A stretch of 64,000 nucleotides of DNA from an uncultured delta proteobacterium (GTDB lineage: Bacteria > Desulfobacterota > Desulfomonilia > Desulfomonilales > Desulfomonilaceae), in assembly GCA_963789265.1 (NCBI GenBank), contig CAWBKB010000001.1, forward strand, positions 1,696,001 through 1,760,000, given 5' to 3'. The position numbers and the translations under genes are program-made. Shown here piece by piece: positions 1 to 10,711 of this stretch (its first letter is position 1; each line of letters opens with the position of its first letter). The notes below the pieces were generated by a model. That model saw nothing but the letters and a program-made list of their open reading frames with translations. It was not told where the DNA came from and searched no databases.

Positions 1-42
1 AGATGCGGCACAATTTCAGACCGTCCCCATTTTCGAGAAGCG

Positions 43-258
43 ATGCGATATTTTCTAACTTTTTTGTTACTTCTGGCTGTATGGCTGATGCTCGACGCCT
101 TCCTTCTAAAAGATCGGAGGGCGGAAGGGCTCAATACTCTCACGGAAAAGATAAAAGACTTCGGCCGCCGCCTTCACTGGTCCGTCGGCGTTCTCGCGGT
201 GCTCCTCATTTTGATTTATGTGTTGAGGTTCCTCCTGCGGCTCCTCGGGTTCCTCTGA
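43..258 (+). CDS. Small hypothetical membrane protein (2 TM)
   Basis: 71-aa ATG ORF with two strongly hydrophobic segments. Confidence 0.6.
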   Translation: MRYFLTFLLLLAVWLMLDAFLLKDRRAEGLNTLTEKIKDFGRRLHWSVGVLAVLLILIYVLRFLLRLLGFL

Positions 259-344
259 GTTGCACTTCGTTATCTCTTGGTTCAGGAACGGACCAGCCGC
301 AGTTTCATCGAGAACAGGCCGGTGACTGCCCAGGAACAAGGCAT

Positions 345-695
345 TTATTCAAACGACCCTGTAAGAATCTTAGTCAACTCCACCGTATCGAGCCAATCGT
401 CAACGTCATTGTGGCAACGGGGGCATCTCTTGAAGGAGTTGGCGGAGGAAAAACCGCAGTATGGGCAGGTGCGCGCAGTGTCCGGCTTGTTAAGAAGCCC
501 GATCTGTTTGCCGGCTCTCTTGTCGAAGTACGCGCGTGTAGCAAGCTTGGCCTCGATGAGCTTCCCGAAGAGATCTTGCAAGCCCTGAAAGGAAATCTCA
601 TACTTTTCCATAAGTTGGGTATCCGACATCTCCGCCTTGAGGTCGATCATAATAGCCTTTGCGCTTATCTTTTTCGTGGTTTTCTTGTCAGACAC
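345..695 (-). CDS. Hypothetical protein with helical N-terminal domain and C-terminal zinc ribbon
   Basis: KKISAKAIMIDLK..MSDTQLMEKYEIS segment plus CPYC..CPRC; start uncertain (GTG 695 chosen, ORF open to 773). Confidence 0.65.
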   Translation of the reverse strand: MSDKKTTKKISAKAIMIDLKAEMSDTQLMEKYEISFQGLQDLFGKLIEAKLATRAYFDKRAGKQIGLLNKPDTARTCPYCGFSSANSFKRCPRCHNDVDDWLDTVELTKILTGSFE

Positions 696-871
696 CTTTT
701 TCTCACTCGGAGCTTTTCGACACTTCACCCCCCTTCCACTGCCGGGACAATTGTCCTCCGCGATATGCGTCAAGAACCGCGCTTAAAAGCTTGTTGACCG
801 CCAATTACGCGGTCTCAGACTTTGGAATCCGGCACATGACTCGGCCCCCGCCTTCTGCGCCGGGGCAGATG

Positions 872-2101
872 CTAAACCATCTCCAGCGCGCAGGCCATGG
901 AGACCCCACCGCCCCCGCACAGTGTCGCCAGTCCCATGCTCTTTTGCCGCTTCTTCATCGCATAGATAAGGCTGACTATGAGTCTGGCGCCGGTGCATCC
1001 CACAGGATGTCCCAACCCTATACCGGAGCCATTAACATTTGTGACGTCGCGGTTGAGATTCAGCTCCCTCTCACAACCGATGTACTGGGCCGCGAATGCT
1101 TCATTTACTTCAATGAGGTCAAAATCATTGAGGTCCATACCGGACCGGCTCAGGAGATTACGAACCGCAGGAACCGGACTCAGCCCCATGAGGGTGGGGT
1201 CACATCCACCCAGTCCCACTGCCTTGATGCGGGCCATTGGCAAGAAGCCTCCGGCCTTGGCGCGTTCCTCGGACATGATGATCAGACCGGCCGCTCCGTC
1301 GTTAATCCCGCTGGAGTTTCCGGCCGTAACTGTGCCTGTCTTGGGGATGAAAGCGGGGGCAAGTTTGGACAGGGCTTCCATGGTGAGACCGGGCCTGTAA
1401 TGCTCGTCCTTGTCAAAGATCTTTGAGTCACTCTTCTTTTGGGGAACGCTGATGGGGACTATCTCTTCGGCAAAAGATCCGTCGTTCGTAGCCCGTTCGA
1501 CATTGTTGTGGCTGCGAAGGGCCACTTCATCCTGTTCTTGGCGTGTTATACCACATTTGAGCGCAACGAACTCTGCTGTGTGCCCCATTATGTACGGCTT
1601 ACCTCTGAAGAATTCTACCGGACCGTTCTGAGGGTAGGGCAAGATGTGGGACCCGCAATGCAATCCCATGGTCATGGCATCCGTAACCGTGTCATTACCC
1701 ATTCGGACGCCCCAGCGAGCCCTCTCAAGGGTGTAAGGAACGCCGGACATGTGTTCCACGCCCCCTGCTAAAATGACCTCGGCCACCCCGGCCTTGATCA
1801 TTGCGGCACCGGATAGAACCGCTTCCATTCCGGATATACAGACGCGGTTGATTGTCACGGCAGGCACACTATCCGGGATTCCGGCCATAAGCGCGCCGAT
1901 GCGAGTAACGTTCATTGCGTCAGTTGGATTCAAGCAGCATCCAAAGCGAACATCGTCTATCATCGCGGGGGAGATACCCGCTCGCTCAATAGCGGCCTTT
2001 ATCGGCACGCTGGAAATGGTTGCCGCGTGCATGTCCCGTAATGATCCCCCGAACGAACCAATTGCTGTGCGGCAAGCTGAAACGATCACTGCTTCGGTCA
2101 T
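872..2101 (-). CDS. Acetyl-CoA acetyltransferase (thiolase)
   Basis: NRVCISG catalytic Cys, NEAFAA, GHPVGCTG and CGGGG thiolase motifs. Confidence 0.95.
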   Translation of the reverse strand: MTEAVIVSACRTAIGSFGGSLRDMHAATISSVPIKAAIERAGISPAMIDDVRFGCCLNPTDAMNVTRIGALMAGIPDSVPAVTINRVCISGMEAVLSGAAMIKAGVAEVILAGGVEHMSGVPYTLERARWGVRMGNDTVTDAMTMGLHCGSHILPYPQNGPVEFFRGKPYIMGHTAEFVALKCGITRQEQDEVALRSHNNVERATNDGSFAEEIVPISVPQKKSDSKIFDKDEHYRPGLTMEALSKLAPAFIPKTGTVTAGNSSGINDGAAGLIIMSEERAKAGGFLPMARIKAVGLGGCDPTLMGLSPVPAVRNLLSRSGMDLNDFDLIEVNEAFAAQYIGCERELNLNRDVTNVNGSGIGLGHPVGCTGARLIVSLIYAMKKRQKSMGLATLCGGGGVSMACALEMV

Positions 2102-2278
2102 ACAGGCACTCCTTCCGATACTACGCGCATTATTTCGGTTTCAAGGGGAAAGATGGCGATTATAATCCGACCGTTTTCCCACGGGCGGAAGGGATTCGGC
2201 GAAGCAATACATGATAGTTTACCGGGAGGAACGGATCCTGCAACGGATCCACTCATCCCGGTTTTCATGATAGGAACG

Positions 2279-2806
2279 TCACTTGATGATGGCCGCTTCA
2301 TCCACTGTCAGCTTCTTTTCGAACTCGTTCCAGAATTCCTGCTGCGATTTTCGCCAATCCGAACCGAATTTCTTGTTGAACAGTGTGCCCACTTGGTCAA
2401 GGGCCTTCTTCCAAGCGGACTGATAATTGAGGCGCAGCACGTCCTCGAGGAATGGCACGAGGGAACCGAGCTTCTCTTTCGGCAAGTAAGCCCTGGCTCC
2501 AAGTTCGATGGACTTCTTAAGCGCTTCCGGGGTGAAGGCATGCGCGGTGAGCATCACCACTGGAAAATTGGCATTTGTCGCGATTTGCAAGAGATCGAAG
2601 CCTCGAACACCCATAATGTCCAGAATGACCAGGTCGTATGTGTACGAAACCAGGTACTGCTGGGCTTTCTCAAAAGTGGTAGCCCTGTGCAACGTGCAAT
2701 TAGCGGACTCTGAGAGTTCCTCCTCGATTATATCCAGGACGTCCTCTTCGTCATCCACCGCCAAAATCAGCTTGTCTTGCAAGATTTCAGAACTGGACAT
2801 CGGCAA
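2279..2806 (-). CDS. Response regulator (receiver domain with short C-terminal extension)
   Basis: ILAVDDE, DLVILDIM, MLTAHA and YLPK receiver motifs. Confidence 0.9.
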   Translation of the reverse strand: MPMSSSEILQDKLILAVDDEEDVLDIIEEELSESANCTLHRATTFEKAQQYLVSYTYDLVILDIMGVRGFDLLQIATNANFPVVMLTAHAFTPEALKKSIELGARAYLPKEKLGSLVPFLEDVLRLNYQSAWKKALDQVGTLFNKKFGSDWRKSQQEFWNEFEKKLTVDEAAIIK

Positions 2807-3260
2807 TCCTTTTCTTTTGGGATTTGCTGAATCCCAAATCCCTCGTAATTAGTTTCTATGAAAGAGCAAGAATCACCTTTCCTAAACATTGGACGCCTGA
2901 CAGAGATGTAAAGATCCCATTATCAGCCGGCCAGACATGATGCGACCGCTTCATAGAAACTCGGATAAACCGCTAGTTACCCCTATTATGCTTAACTCTT
3001 CCGAGGGGTACAAGTCAACAATTTCAGAGACCCAAAACGATATGGATTCTGAAGGTTCTTGTTGACCTTAACAATTCTGGTAGGATACGTTTTAGAAAAA
3101 TGAAGCGCGAACAGCTCGCGTGAGCCTTGCGAGACATGAGCACAGAGCCGGTGAGAAGCAAGGCTCTTCCCCGTATTGTGCTTTGAGTTCCAGTGGGCCG
3201 TCCGCGAATCCGGCCCAAGCCGCGGCGCGCGGTTAATCACGATCAGATGACGAGGTCGCC

Positions 3261-5820
3261 ATGCCTTTGAGAAAATACGTGGTGGTCCCCCCGATGGGGG
3301 GTACTCTCGAGAGCCTGAGAGAGATAGCTCAAAATTTCTGGTTTTCATGGAACCATGAAGCAGTGGAGCTTTTCGATCATCTCGATGAGCAGTTGTGGAG
3401 AGAAACAAATCACAATCCGCTTCAGACCCTGATCCGCTTATCAAGCCACAGACTTCATGAGATACGCGAGGACGAGGGATATCTGGCTCATGCTGAACGA
3501 GTACGGCAGCGGTTTCGTTCGTACATGAAACGGACACGCACGTATGAGTATCGCCTTGAGCGACCCGTGGATTTCGTGACGGCATATTTCTCTTTGGAGT
3601 TCGGCGTGACTGAGTGTCTCCCCATATACTCAGGCGGGCTGGGGCTTTTGGCCGGAGACCATCTGAAATCAGCGAGCGATCTCAACTTACCGCTCGTCGG
3701 TGTCGGTTTGATGTATGGCGAGGGATACTTTCATCAGCAACTCACTAATGCCGGATGGCAACAGGAATATTATCCCCGAACGGAATTGGACGTACTCCCG
3801 CTTGAAAAACAGATGGACCAATCGGGCAACCCACTTCTTGTAGCGGTAGATTTGGCGGGAGAAATGGTCTGGTGCCGAGTCCTAAGGGCGAATGTGGGGC
3901 GAGTTCCTCTTTATCTCTTGGACGCGGACATTCCTGAGAATGCGCCTCGACTTAGGAACACCACGGCACGGCTTTATGGGGGCGACATTGAAATGCGCAT
4001 TCGTCAGGAAATGCTTCTCGGCATAGGCGGATGCCGCGCGTTGCAAGCCTTGAATATAAAACCTGCGGTATACCACCTCAATGAAGGACACGCCGCGTTC
4101 ACACTTGTTGAGAGGATGCGATACCTGGTGGAAAAAGAGGGATTAAATCGCGAAGAGGCAATGGAAATTGTCACCAGCCAGAGCGTCCTGACCATCCACA
4201 CTCCGGTAGCTGCGGGAAACGACGTGTTTGAGCCGCGGTTGATGGAAAAGTATTTCGGAGATTTTGCCAGGCAGGTGGGTATGGACTTCGAAACCTTTCT
4301 CGGCCTTGGCAGGAGGCAGCCCGTGGACAGGTCGGAAGGTTTTTGGATGCCGGTGCTGGGCCTTAGGATGACCTCCAGGACCAATGGGGTCAGCAAGCTT
4401 CATGCAGGGACTACCAAGAACATGTGGCGCCAGGTCTGGCCTAACGCGGACCCGGAAGACGTGCCTATCGCTCCCGTTACCAATGGGGTACACATCCCGT
4501 CATATATTTCTCGTGAAGTGGCAAGGTTATACGATCGGTACCTCGGCCCGGGGTGGACCGAAGACCCCGACAATGAAAAGATATGGCAACGAGCGGAAAA
4601 AATCCCTGACACAGAACTGTGGCGGACGCACGAGCGTTGCCGGACAAGACTGGTGTACGCCGCCAGAAGGCGGCTCCTTGAACAGCTCAAAACAAGGAAC
4701 GTCCCGGGCCGACAGCTAGACGCGGCTGAAAAGGCCCTTGACCCGGAGGCGCTCACTATATGTTTCGCCAGGCGCTTTGCCACATACAAAAGGGCCACTC
4801 TACTTTTCAGGGAACCTGATCGCCTCGCACGAATTCTCGGACATCCGGAGCCCGGCGTACAGTTAATCTTTGCCGGGAAGGCTCATCCCGCGGATAATGA
4901 GGGCAAGGAAATGATCAGGACGATTATAGACCTGTCCAGAGAAGAGCCCTTCCGCAGCAAGATAGTATTCTTGGAAGATTATGACATCAATATTGCGAGA
5001 TATATGGTTCAAGGTGCGGACGTCTGGTTGAACACCCCTCGCCGTCCCATGGAGGCATGCGGGACCTCGGGCATGAAGGCCTCTGCCAACGGAGCACTGA
5101 ACCTGAGCATCCTGGACGGATGGTGGGATGAAGGTTTCCGTGGAGACAGCGGATGGGCCATCGGGTCCGGGGAAGAGTACGAAAATCCCGTTTATCAAGA
5201 TGACATCGAGAGCAGGTTGCTATACGACCTACTGGAAGAGAGCGTCAAACCGCTTTTCTACGAGAGAGGCGTGGACGAGCTGCCAAGAGAGTGGATCAGG
5301 ATGATGAAGCGGTCGATTCAGACCATTTGTCCGGTTTTCAATTCTCACCGGATGGTATCTCAATACATTGAGTCCGCGTACGTACCGGCTGCCACTTCAT
5401 CTTCACACTTGCAAGCCGACAACTATGCTCTTCTTAGAGAAATGGTGGCCTGGAAAAGAAGAATCAGCCGCGATTGGGACAAGATAGCCGTTAAGAATGT
5501 GCAAGTGCTCGACGCCGGCGAAGCCCTCAAGGGAAAGACTGTGGCAGTGGAAGTGACAGTAGATACAGTGGGCCACGGTCATGAGGAATTGAAGGTTGAG
5601 TTGCTCCACGGTCCGATAGATCTATGGGAGAACTTCAAAGTCCGCCATATAATGCGGCTCAACGCCAGCGCTAACCAACCTCGGTACGAACGGGGACGTC
5701 CTCTTCACGGGTTCAATTCCCCTAAGCCATACAGGCCTTTATGGTTATGTGGTCCGGATTACTCCGGCCCATCCGGACCTCCCTTTTTCTCAGAGCTTCG
5801 ATCTTGTCCTTAGAGGTTAA
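3261..5820 (+). CDS. glgP: Alpha-glucan (glycogen) phosphorylase; probable frameshift near the C-terminus (~5660-5690)
   Basis: YSGGLGLLAGD, NEGH, FARRFATYKRA and EACGTSGMK motifs; a family-like tail (..GLYGYVVRITPAHPDL..) lies in a shifted frame ending at TAA 5820. Confidence 0.93.
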
Positions 5821-5956
5821 AAGAGCATGGGCGATAAAGCAGAGGGGAATTGTGGAATAGTTCACCTAAGAGAACGTTAAAAATTTTGTTTTGCCGCGCG
5901 GTTGCCCGTTGAAGTACCCAAGTCTTGGTCGGCGACAGTGACGGCAGTTCCAACCC

Positions 5957-6080
5957 GGATTCCCGATGACGCGGGAATTAGAACGATTTCTGTGGGGCGG
6001 ACTTTCCAGTCCGGCATTACGCGTATTCCCACGGATGCCGGAATTACTACATGTAGGCGCGGGTTCGAAACCCGCTCCCG
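5957..6080. repeat. Cluster of REP-like palindromes
   Basis: ATTCCCG-N6-CGGGAAT, GTGGGGCGGACTTTCCAGTCCGGC and GTAGGCGCGGGTTCGAAACCCGC hairpins in the gap between convergent genes. Confidence 0.6.
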
Positions 6081-6151
6081 CGCCAACTCTGCAAATCAGT
6101 GTGCATCGGATCAACAAAAGTACATCATTGAGGGCAACTAATCTAACAGGC

Positions 6152-6535
6152 TCAGCGAGACACTTTTCTCACCGGCGGGTCCGGCGGCAACATCGGTCCG
6201 TTTGCTGGGTATATCAGCCCGATGGGCAACTGGCACATTCCAGGGTCCGGGCAAGGAACTTGGGGACCGAGGTAATAACCATTTACGTCCCAGCCCCATA
6301 AGGGATGCGACCAGCAACCGATGTATTCGGGTGACGGTCGAAAACCATGAAGTCCTTTTTGGTTGGCACAAGTCGTATTGTAAACGGTCATGTTCCCGCC
6401 ATACCCGTGGGGGAGCCAAGAAACGTTTGCAGGTGCCTGAGGGAAGGGCTGGTCGGCCCGACAAATATCACTTGGCTCGAAATTCAGGAGTATGATTGCA
6501 GCCAACAAAGCGGTGAGTGTCAGTTCGCGGACCAT
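6152..6535 (-). CDS. Hypothetical exported protein (Pro/Gly/Cys-rich)
   Basis: GAGGAGG RBS before ATG; signal-peptide-like N-terminus. Confidence 0.65.
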   Translation of the reverse strand: MVRELTLTALLAAIILLNFEPSDICRADQPFPQAPANVSWLPHGYGGNMTVYNTTCANQKGLHGFRPSPEYIGCWSHPLWGWDVNGYYLGPQVPCPDPGMCQLPIGLIYPANGPMLPPDPPVRKVSR

Positions 6536-6783
6536 GGGGCCTCCTCGATTTCCCTGCTGGAGAGATTGCTATAATTTGTCTAATTATACCGCATTAATAT
6601 GCAGAATGTCAATCTGTCACTTTAGCTTATTTTGATATATGGCCAGAGTGCGCCAAGATCGGAGAAAAACGAGGGTGACAACTCTCTGGGAAAAATTGTA
6701 GAAAGGTGCGATGCAAAGCAGCTTTGCGCCCGAGACAATGCCCGTATGCCATTCAGTTACAGCCGGAATTTGCGGATAGCTTC

Positions 6784-6861
6784 GTGGGGTGGGCTTTCTA
6801 GCCCGCCATTGAACGGGGGGATCCCCGGCAGGCTGTCCCGCGCCTCGTGGGACTGCCCCAC
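6784..6861. repeat. Inverted REP-like doublet
   Basis: GTGGGG-led hairpins in opposite orientation; the reverse complement of 6827-6861 matches 59943-59977 at 32/35 nt. Confidence 0.7.
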
Positions 6862-7009
6862 AAGGCTGAATGGATGTCAATGCCCCAAGATTCCCGTTGA
6901 CAAGAACAATCATTCCCCTGTATGTTACTGTCGCGTTGTTAAATCAATATATTCCGGTCACCTAACCCAACTAACCCAAGCAACAACTCAAAAAGCAAAG
7001 GAGTGGGAA

Positions 7010-8905
7010 ATGGAGCGAACCATTGACCAGGCCACCAAGGCGGTTCTGCGCGAAAATGACAAGAACGCGGTTAGCACGGTGTGGGAACGCTTTGAGAAGC
7101 AGGCTCCGCAGTGTGGATTCGGTGAACTCGGAGTGTGCTGCCGGAACTGCATGCAGGGCCCTTGCAGAATTGACCCCTTCGGAGAAGGAGCGAGGCAGGG
7201 CGCTTGTGGAGCTACGGCAGATACAATCGTGGCTCGTAATCTTGCACGTTCTATCGCAGCCGGTGCCGCGGCTCACGCGGGTCACGCGAAGCACCTGGCT
7301 TACACCCTACTCGAATGGTCTCAAGGCCATGCCCCTGATTACCCGGTGAGAGATGAAGCCAAACTCAAAGCAGTAGCGGCAAAACTGGGAATTGAGTGCG
7401 AAGCAAAGAGCACTCAGGAGCTGGCCGGAGCGGTTGCTCGGGCGGCTCTGGCAGATTTCTCGGAAAAGAAAACCCCTGTTGCTTGGGCTGCTGCCAATGT
7501 TACTCAGGGCCGCGTAGAGACCTTTCTGAAATACGGAGTTGTTCCCACAGGAATTGATTCCGTAATTTCCGAGATCATGCATCGTACCCACTACGGGGTT
7601 GACGCGGACCCTCTTAACTTGCTCCTTGGCGGAATAAAATGTTCTCTAGCGGACTTTGCGGGTTGTCACATGGGAACGGACTTGGCCGATGTGCTCTTTG
7701 GAACTCCCAAACCGGTGGTATCCCGTGCAAATCTCGGCGTCCTGAGAGAGGATGCGGTCAACATCGCACTGCATGGGCATAACCCTGTGCTGTCAGATGT
7801 TATCGTCCAGGTAACGAAACAAATGGACGATGAGGCCAAGGCCGCCGGAGCCCCTGGCGGGTTGAACGTGGTGGGGGTCTGCTGCACCGGAAACGAGATT
7901 CTTGCCAGACACGGCATTCCGTCGGCCACTCACTCGGTTTCTCAGGAAGCTGCCATACTCACTGGGGCAATAGACGCGATGGTGGTGGATTATCAGTGCA
8001 TCATGCCGAGCCTGGGACCATTAGCGGAGTGCTACCACACTCGGCTTTTTACTACAATGCCGATCGCCAAAATCCCCGGTGCCCGGCATATCGAGTTTAA
8101 TGAGTCCAATGCCGGGGAAACCGCGCGAGAAATTGTTCGAAATGCAATTGAAGCGTTTAAAGCGCGTCAAACGAAGAAGGTAAACATCCCGCAATATGAA
8201 TCTGTTGCAATTGCCGGATTCTCTACGGAAGCCGTGCTCGACGCGTTGGCCCTGCTGGACAAGGAGGATCCTCTCAAGCCCCTCATCGACAATATCGTTA
8301 ACGGCAATATACAGGGAGTGTGCCTGTTTGCCGGGTGCAATAATGTCCGCGTCACCCAGGACCTGAATTTCATAACCATGGCCAAAGAACTGGCGAAGCA
8401 GAATGTCCTCCTGCTGGCTACAGGATGCGGGGCCGGCGCATTTGCTCGACACGGCCTGATGACTTCTGAGGCGACCAACCAAATCGCGGGTGACGGCCTT
8501 AAGGCGGTGTTAACGGCTGTAGGGCAAGCTGCCGGTTTGGGTGGGCCGCTGCCTCCTGTGCTGCACATGGGATCCTGTGTGGACAACAGTCGTGCCGCAG
8601 ACGTGGCCGTGGCTGTAGCCAACAAATTGGGAGTGGATCTCGACAAGTTGCCGGTCGTCGCGAGCGCCCCGGAAGCTACTACGGAAAAGGCGATATCCAT
8701 CGGAACGTGGGCCGTTGCAGCCGGTTTGCCAACACATCTTGGGGTGGTTCCGCCGGTGCTCGGCAGCGCTGCTGTTGTGAAAGCCTTGACCGAGGACGTC
8801 AAAGGACTCTTCGGCGGGTACTTCATTGTGGAAACCGATCCGATAAGCGCTGCCGCTAAACTGATGGAAGCGATTAAGACCAGAAGGGAGGGTTTGGGGA
8901 TATGA
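7010..8905 (+). CDS. cooS: Anaerobic Ni,Fe carbon-monoxide dehydrogenase catalytic subunit
   Basis: CGFG..CCRNCMQGPC (D/B clusters); C-cluster ligands GHNP, VCCTG, DYQC, AGCNN, TGCG, GSCVD; AAGGAG RBS before ATG 7010. Confidence 0.96.
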   Translation: MERTIDQATKAVLRENDKNAVSTVWERFEKQAPQCGFGELGVCCRNCMQGPCRIDPFGEGARQGACGATADTIVARNLARSIAAGAAAHAGHAKHLAYTLLEWSQGHAPDYPVRDEAKLKAVAAKLGIECEAKSTQELAGAVARAALADFSEKKTPVAWAAANVTQGRVETFLKYGVVPTGIDSVISEIMHRTHYGVDADPLNLLLGGIKCSLADFAGCHMGTDLADVLFGTPKPVVSRANLGVLREDAVNIALHGHNPVLSDVIVQVTKQMDDEAKAAGAPGGLNVVGVCCTGNEILARHGIPSATHSVSQEAAILTGAIDAMVVDYQCIMPSLGPLAECYHTRLFTTMPIAKIPGARHIEFNESNAGETAREIVRNAIEAFKARQTKKVNIPQYESVAIAGFSTEAVLDALALLDKEDPLKPLIDNIVNGNIQGVCLFAGCNNVRVTQDLNFITMAKELAKQNVLLLATGCGAGAFARHGLMTSEATNQIAGDGLKAVLTAVGQAAGLGGPLPPVLHMGSCVDNSRAADVAVAVANKLGVDLDKLPVVASAPEATTEKAISIGTWAVAAGLPTHLGVVPPVLGSAAVVKALTEDVKGLFGGYFIVETDPISAAAKLMEAIKTRREGLGI

Positions 8906-9396
8906 AAGAGATCTTTGTCAATCTGGACCGGTGTCTGGGGTGTCGCAGTTGCCAGATCGCCTGTGCGGTAGAGCACTCCACCGGAAAGAGTCTCTTTGCT
9001 GCCGTGGCCGAAACCCCTGGTCCGCGATACCGGCTCTTCGTAGAGAGATCGGAATCTCTGAACATACCTCTCACGTGCAGGCACTGCGACCCGGCGCCAT
9101 GCCTCGATGCTTGTATTTCGGGGGCCATCAAGAGAGACAGTCGGGGAGTGGTGGTCCAGCAGGAAGATCGTTGCGTAGGATGTTGGACGTGCCTCATGAT
9201 GTGCCCTTACGGGGTCGTCACCCAAAAACCGGAACAAAAGGTTGCACTGAAATGCGACCGTTGCCCTGACCGTGAAGCACCCGCATGTGTGAGTGCGTGC
9301 CCCACAAGGGCGTTAGTGTACACTGAACCGGACAATTTCGCAGCGGGAGTGCGCAAGATCGAGGCCGGGGTCGTTGCCGGAGCTGTCAAAGGCTGA
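8902..9396 (+). CDS. cooF: CooF-like 4x[4Fe-4S] ferredoxin
   Basis: CLGCRSCQIAC, CRHC..PC..AC, CVGCWTCLMMCP, KCDRC..AC..CP; ATGA overlap with cooS. Confidence 0.92.
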   Translation: MKEIFVNLDRCLGCRSCQIACAVEHSTGKSLFAAVAETPGPRYRLFVERSESLNIPLTCRHCDPAPCLDACISGAIKRDSRGVVVQQEDRCVGCWTCLMMCPYGVVTQKPEQKVALKCDRCPDREAPACVSACPTRALVYTEPDNFAAGVRKIEAGVVAGAVKG

Positions 9397-9430
9397 ACGA
9401 GGACAGCCTCTCTCACGAAAGGGGGCAAAC

Positions 9431-10711
9431 GTGCGCTACGTTATTATTGGAAACTCCGCGGCGGGGCATGCAGCCGCGGCATCGATCCGGAGGTACGATC
9501 CTTCGGGTAAAGTGCTTATTTTGTCGGATGAGCCGTATGCGTCCTACTATAGACCACTTATTCCGTTCTTTATTGACAACCGAGTGGCGTTCTCGGGGCT
9601 CTTCCGGGAACCGGAAACCGTGCCCCAGGGAGTAGAGATCCGGCTCGGCGTACGGGTGGAGAGCATTTCTCCGGAAAAGAAGCTGCTGTTTACGAACGAT
9701 GGTGAGACGTTGCCCTACGACCGGCTGCTAATTGCCACCGGAGGGTCACCCGCTCGCCTTTCGGTCCCTGGAATGGAAGGTCCTGAGGCTTACGTCTTCA
9801 GATCCATGGCCGACGCTGTGGGACTGAGGAAGGCCGCGGGGGAGGGGCGGCGCGCGGTAATCATAGGCGGCGGCAGGGTGGGCACAAAGGCGGCTATGGC
9901 GCTGAGTCGGCGCGGGGTGCAGCTAACCGTGGTCGAGCAAGGCGACCGGATAGTGCCCTTTCAGTTCGACCAAGCTGCTGCCGTCATACTGACCAGGGCC
10001 CTGGAATCTCAGGGGATCCGGGTCCTGTTGAACCAATCGGTTTCTCATCTGGAAAGACGGAAAGATACCCTGGAAGGTGTCGTCCTGAATAACGGCTCAA
10101 CGGTTCAAGCGGATTTCGTGGTGGTTGCCGTGGGCGTACAGCCCAATGCCCAACCTGCACGCAATGCGGGAATCGCTATCGACCTCGGGATCGTCGTGGA
10201 CAAACGTTTGCAGACAAGCGCTTCCGACGTCTATGCGGCTGGAGACGTCGCTCAGACTACGGATCTTGTGACGGGAAAACATGTAGTCCCCGCCTCCTGG
10301 ACCAGTGCAGCGGAGATGGGCCGTGTAGCAGGGCACAACATGACCGGGGGTGACCACCAGTATCTAGGAACTCTGGCGGTCATGAATTCCTTTGTACTTG
10401 CCGGTATGCCAACCGTATCGGTGGGTATGATTCAGCCGACTGATTCTGAGGATTATCACGTGTCTACCGTGACGGAAGGCAACTGCTATCGGAAGTTCGT
10501 GCTAAGGGACGATCGCCTGTTAGGAGCTTTGTTGGTCGGGAACATAGGCGCTGCGGGACTTTGCACCTGGCTAATAAAAAGAGGAGACAAGATAAGCACC
10601 TCGTCTCTGAGAGGATTAATGGCCGGCCGAGCAGATCACGCCGCGTGGTTGATGCGGGCTTCGCCGACTCATGCCGGACGCCATATCATAAAGGGTTCCG
10701 GTCAGGTCTGA
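9431..10711 (+). CDS. FAD-dependent NAD(P) oxidoreductase (FNOR)
   Basis: IIGNSAAG, LIATGG, IIGGGRVG and YAAGD motifs; GTG start at 9431. Confidence 0.9.
   Translation: MRYVIIGNSAAGHAAAASIRRYDPSGKVLILSDEPYASYYRPLIPFFIDNRVAFSGLFREPETVPQGVEIRLGVRVESISPEKKLLFTNDGETLPYDRLLIATGGSPARLSVPGMEGPEAYVFRSMADAVGLRKAAGEGRRAVIIGGGRVGTKAAMALSRRGVQLTVVEQGDRIVPFQFDQAAAVILTRALESQGIRVLLNQSVSHLERRKDTLEGVVLNNGSTVQADFVVVAVGVQPNAQPARNAGIAIDLGIVVDKRLQTSASDVYAAGDVAQTTDLVTGKHVVPASWTSAAEMGRVAGHNMTGGDHQYLGTLAVMNSFVLAGMPTVSVGMIQPTDSEDYHVSTVTEGNCYRKFVLRDDRLLGALLVGNIGAAGLCTWLIKRGDKISTSSLRGLMAGRADHAAWLMRASPTHAGRHIIKGSGQV

Noticed and set aside
3..1426. Long plus-strand ORFs 3-797 and 659-1426
   Set aside because: They are antisense shadows of better-supported minus-strand genes and show no motifs.
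5866..6141. Short ORFs or a CRISPR-like array in this gap
   Set aside because: The repeats are heterogeneous palindromes without constant repeat-spacer periodicity, and no cas operon is present.
6632..7009. 126-aa N-terminal extension of CooS in the ORF track
   Set aside because: It runs through REP repeats and promoter-like DNA; the RBS and family N-terminus point to ATG 7010.
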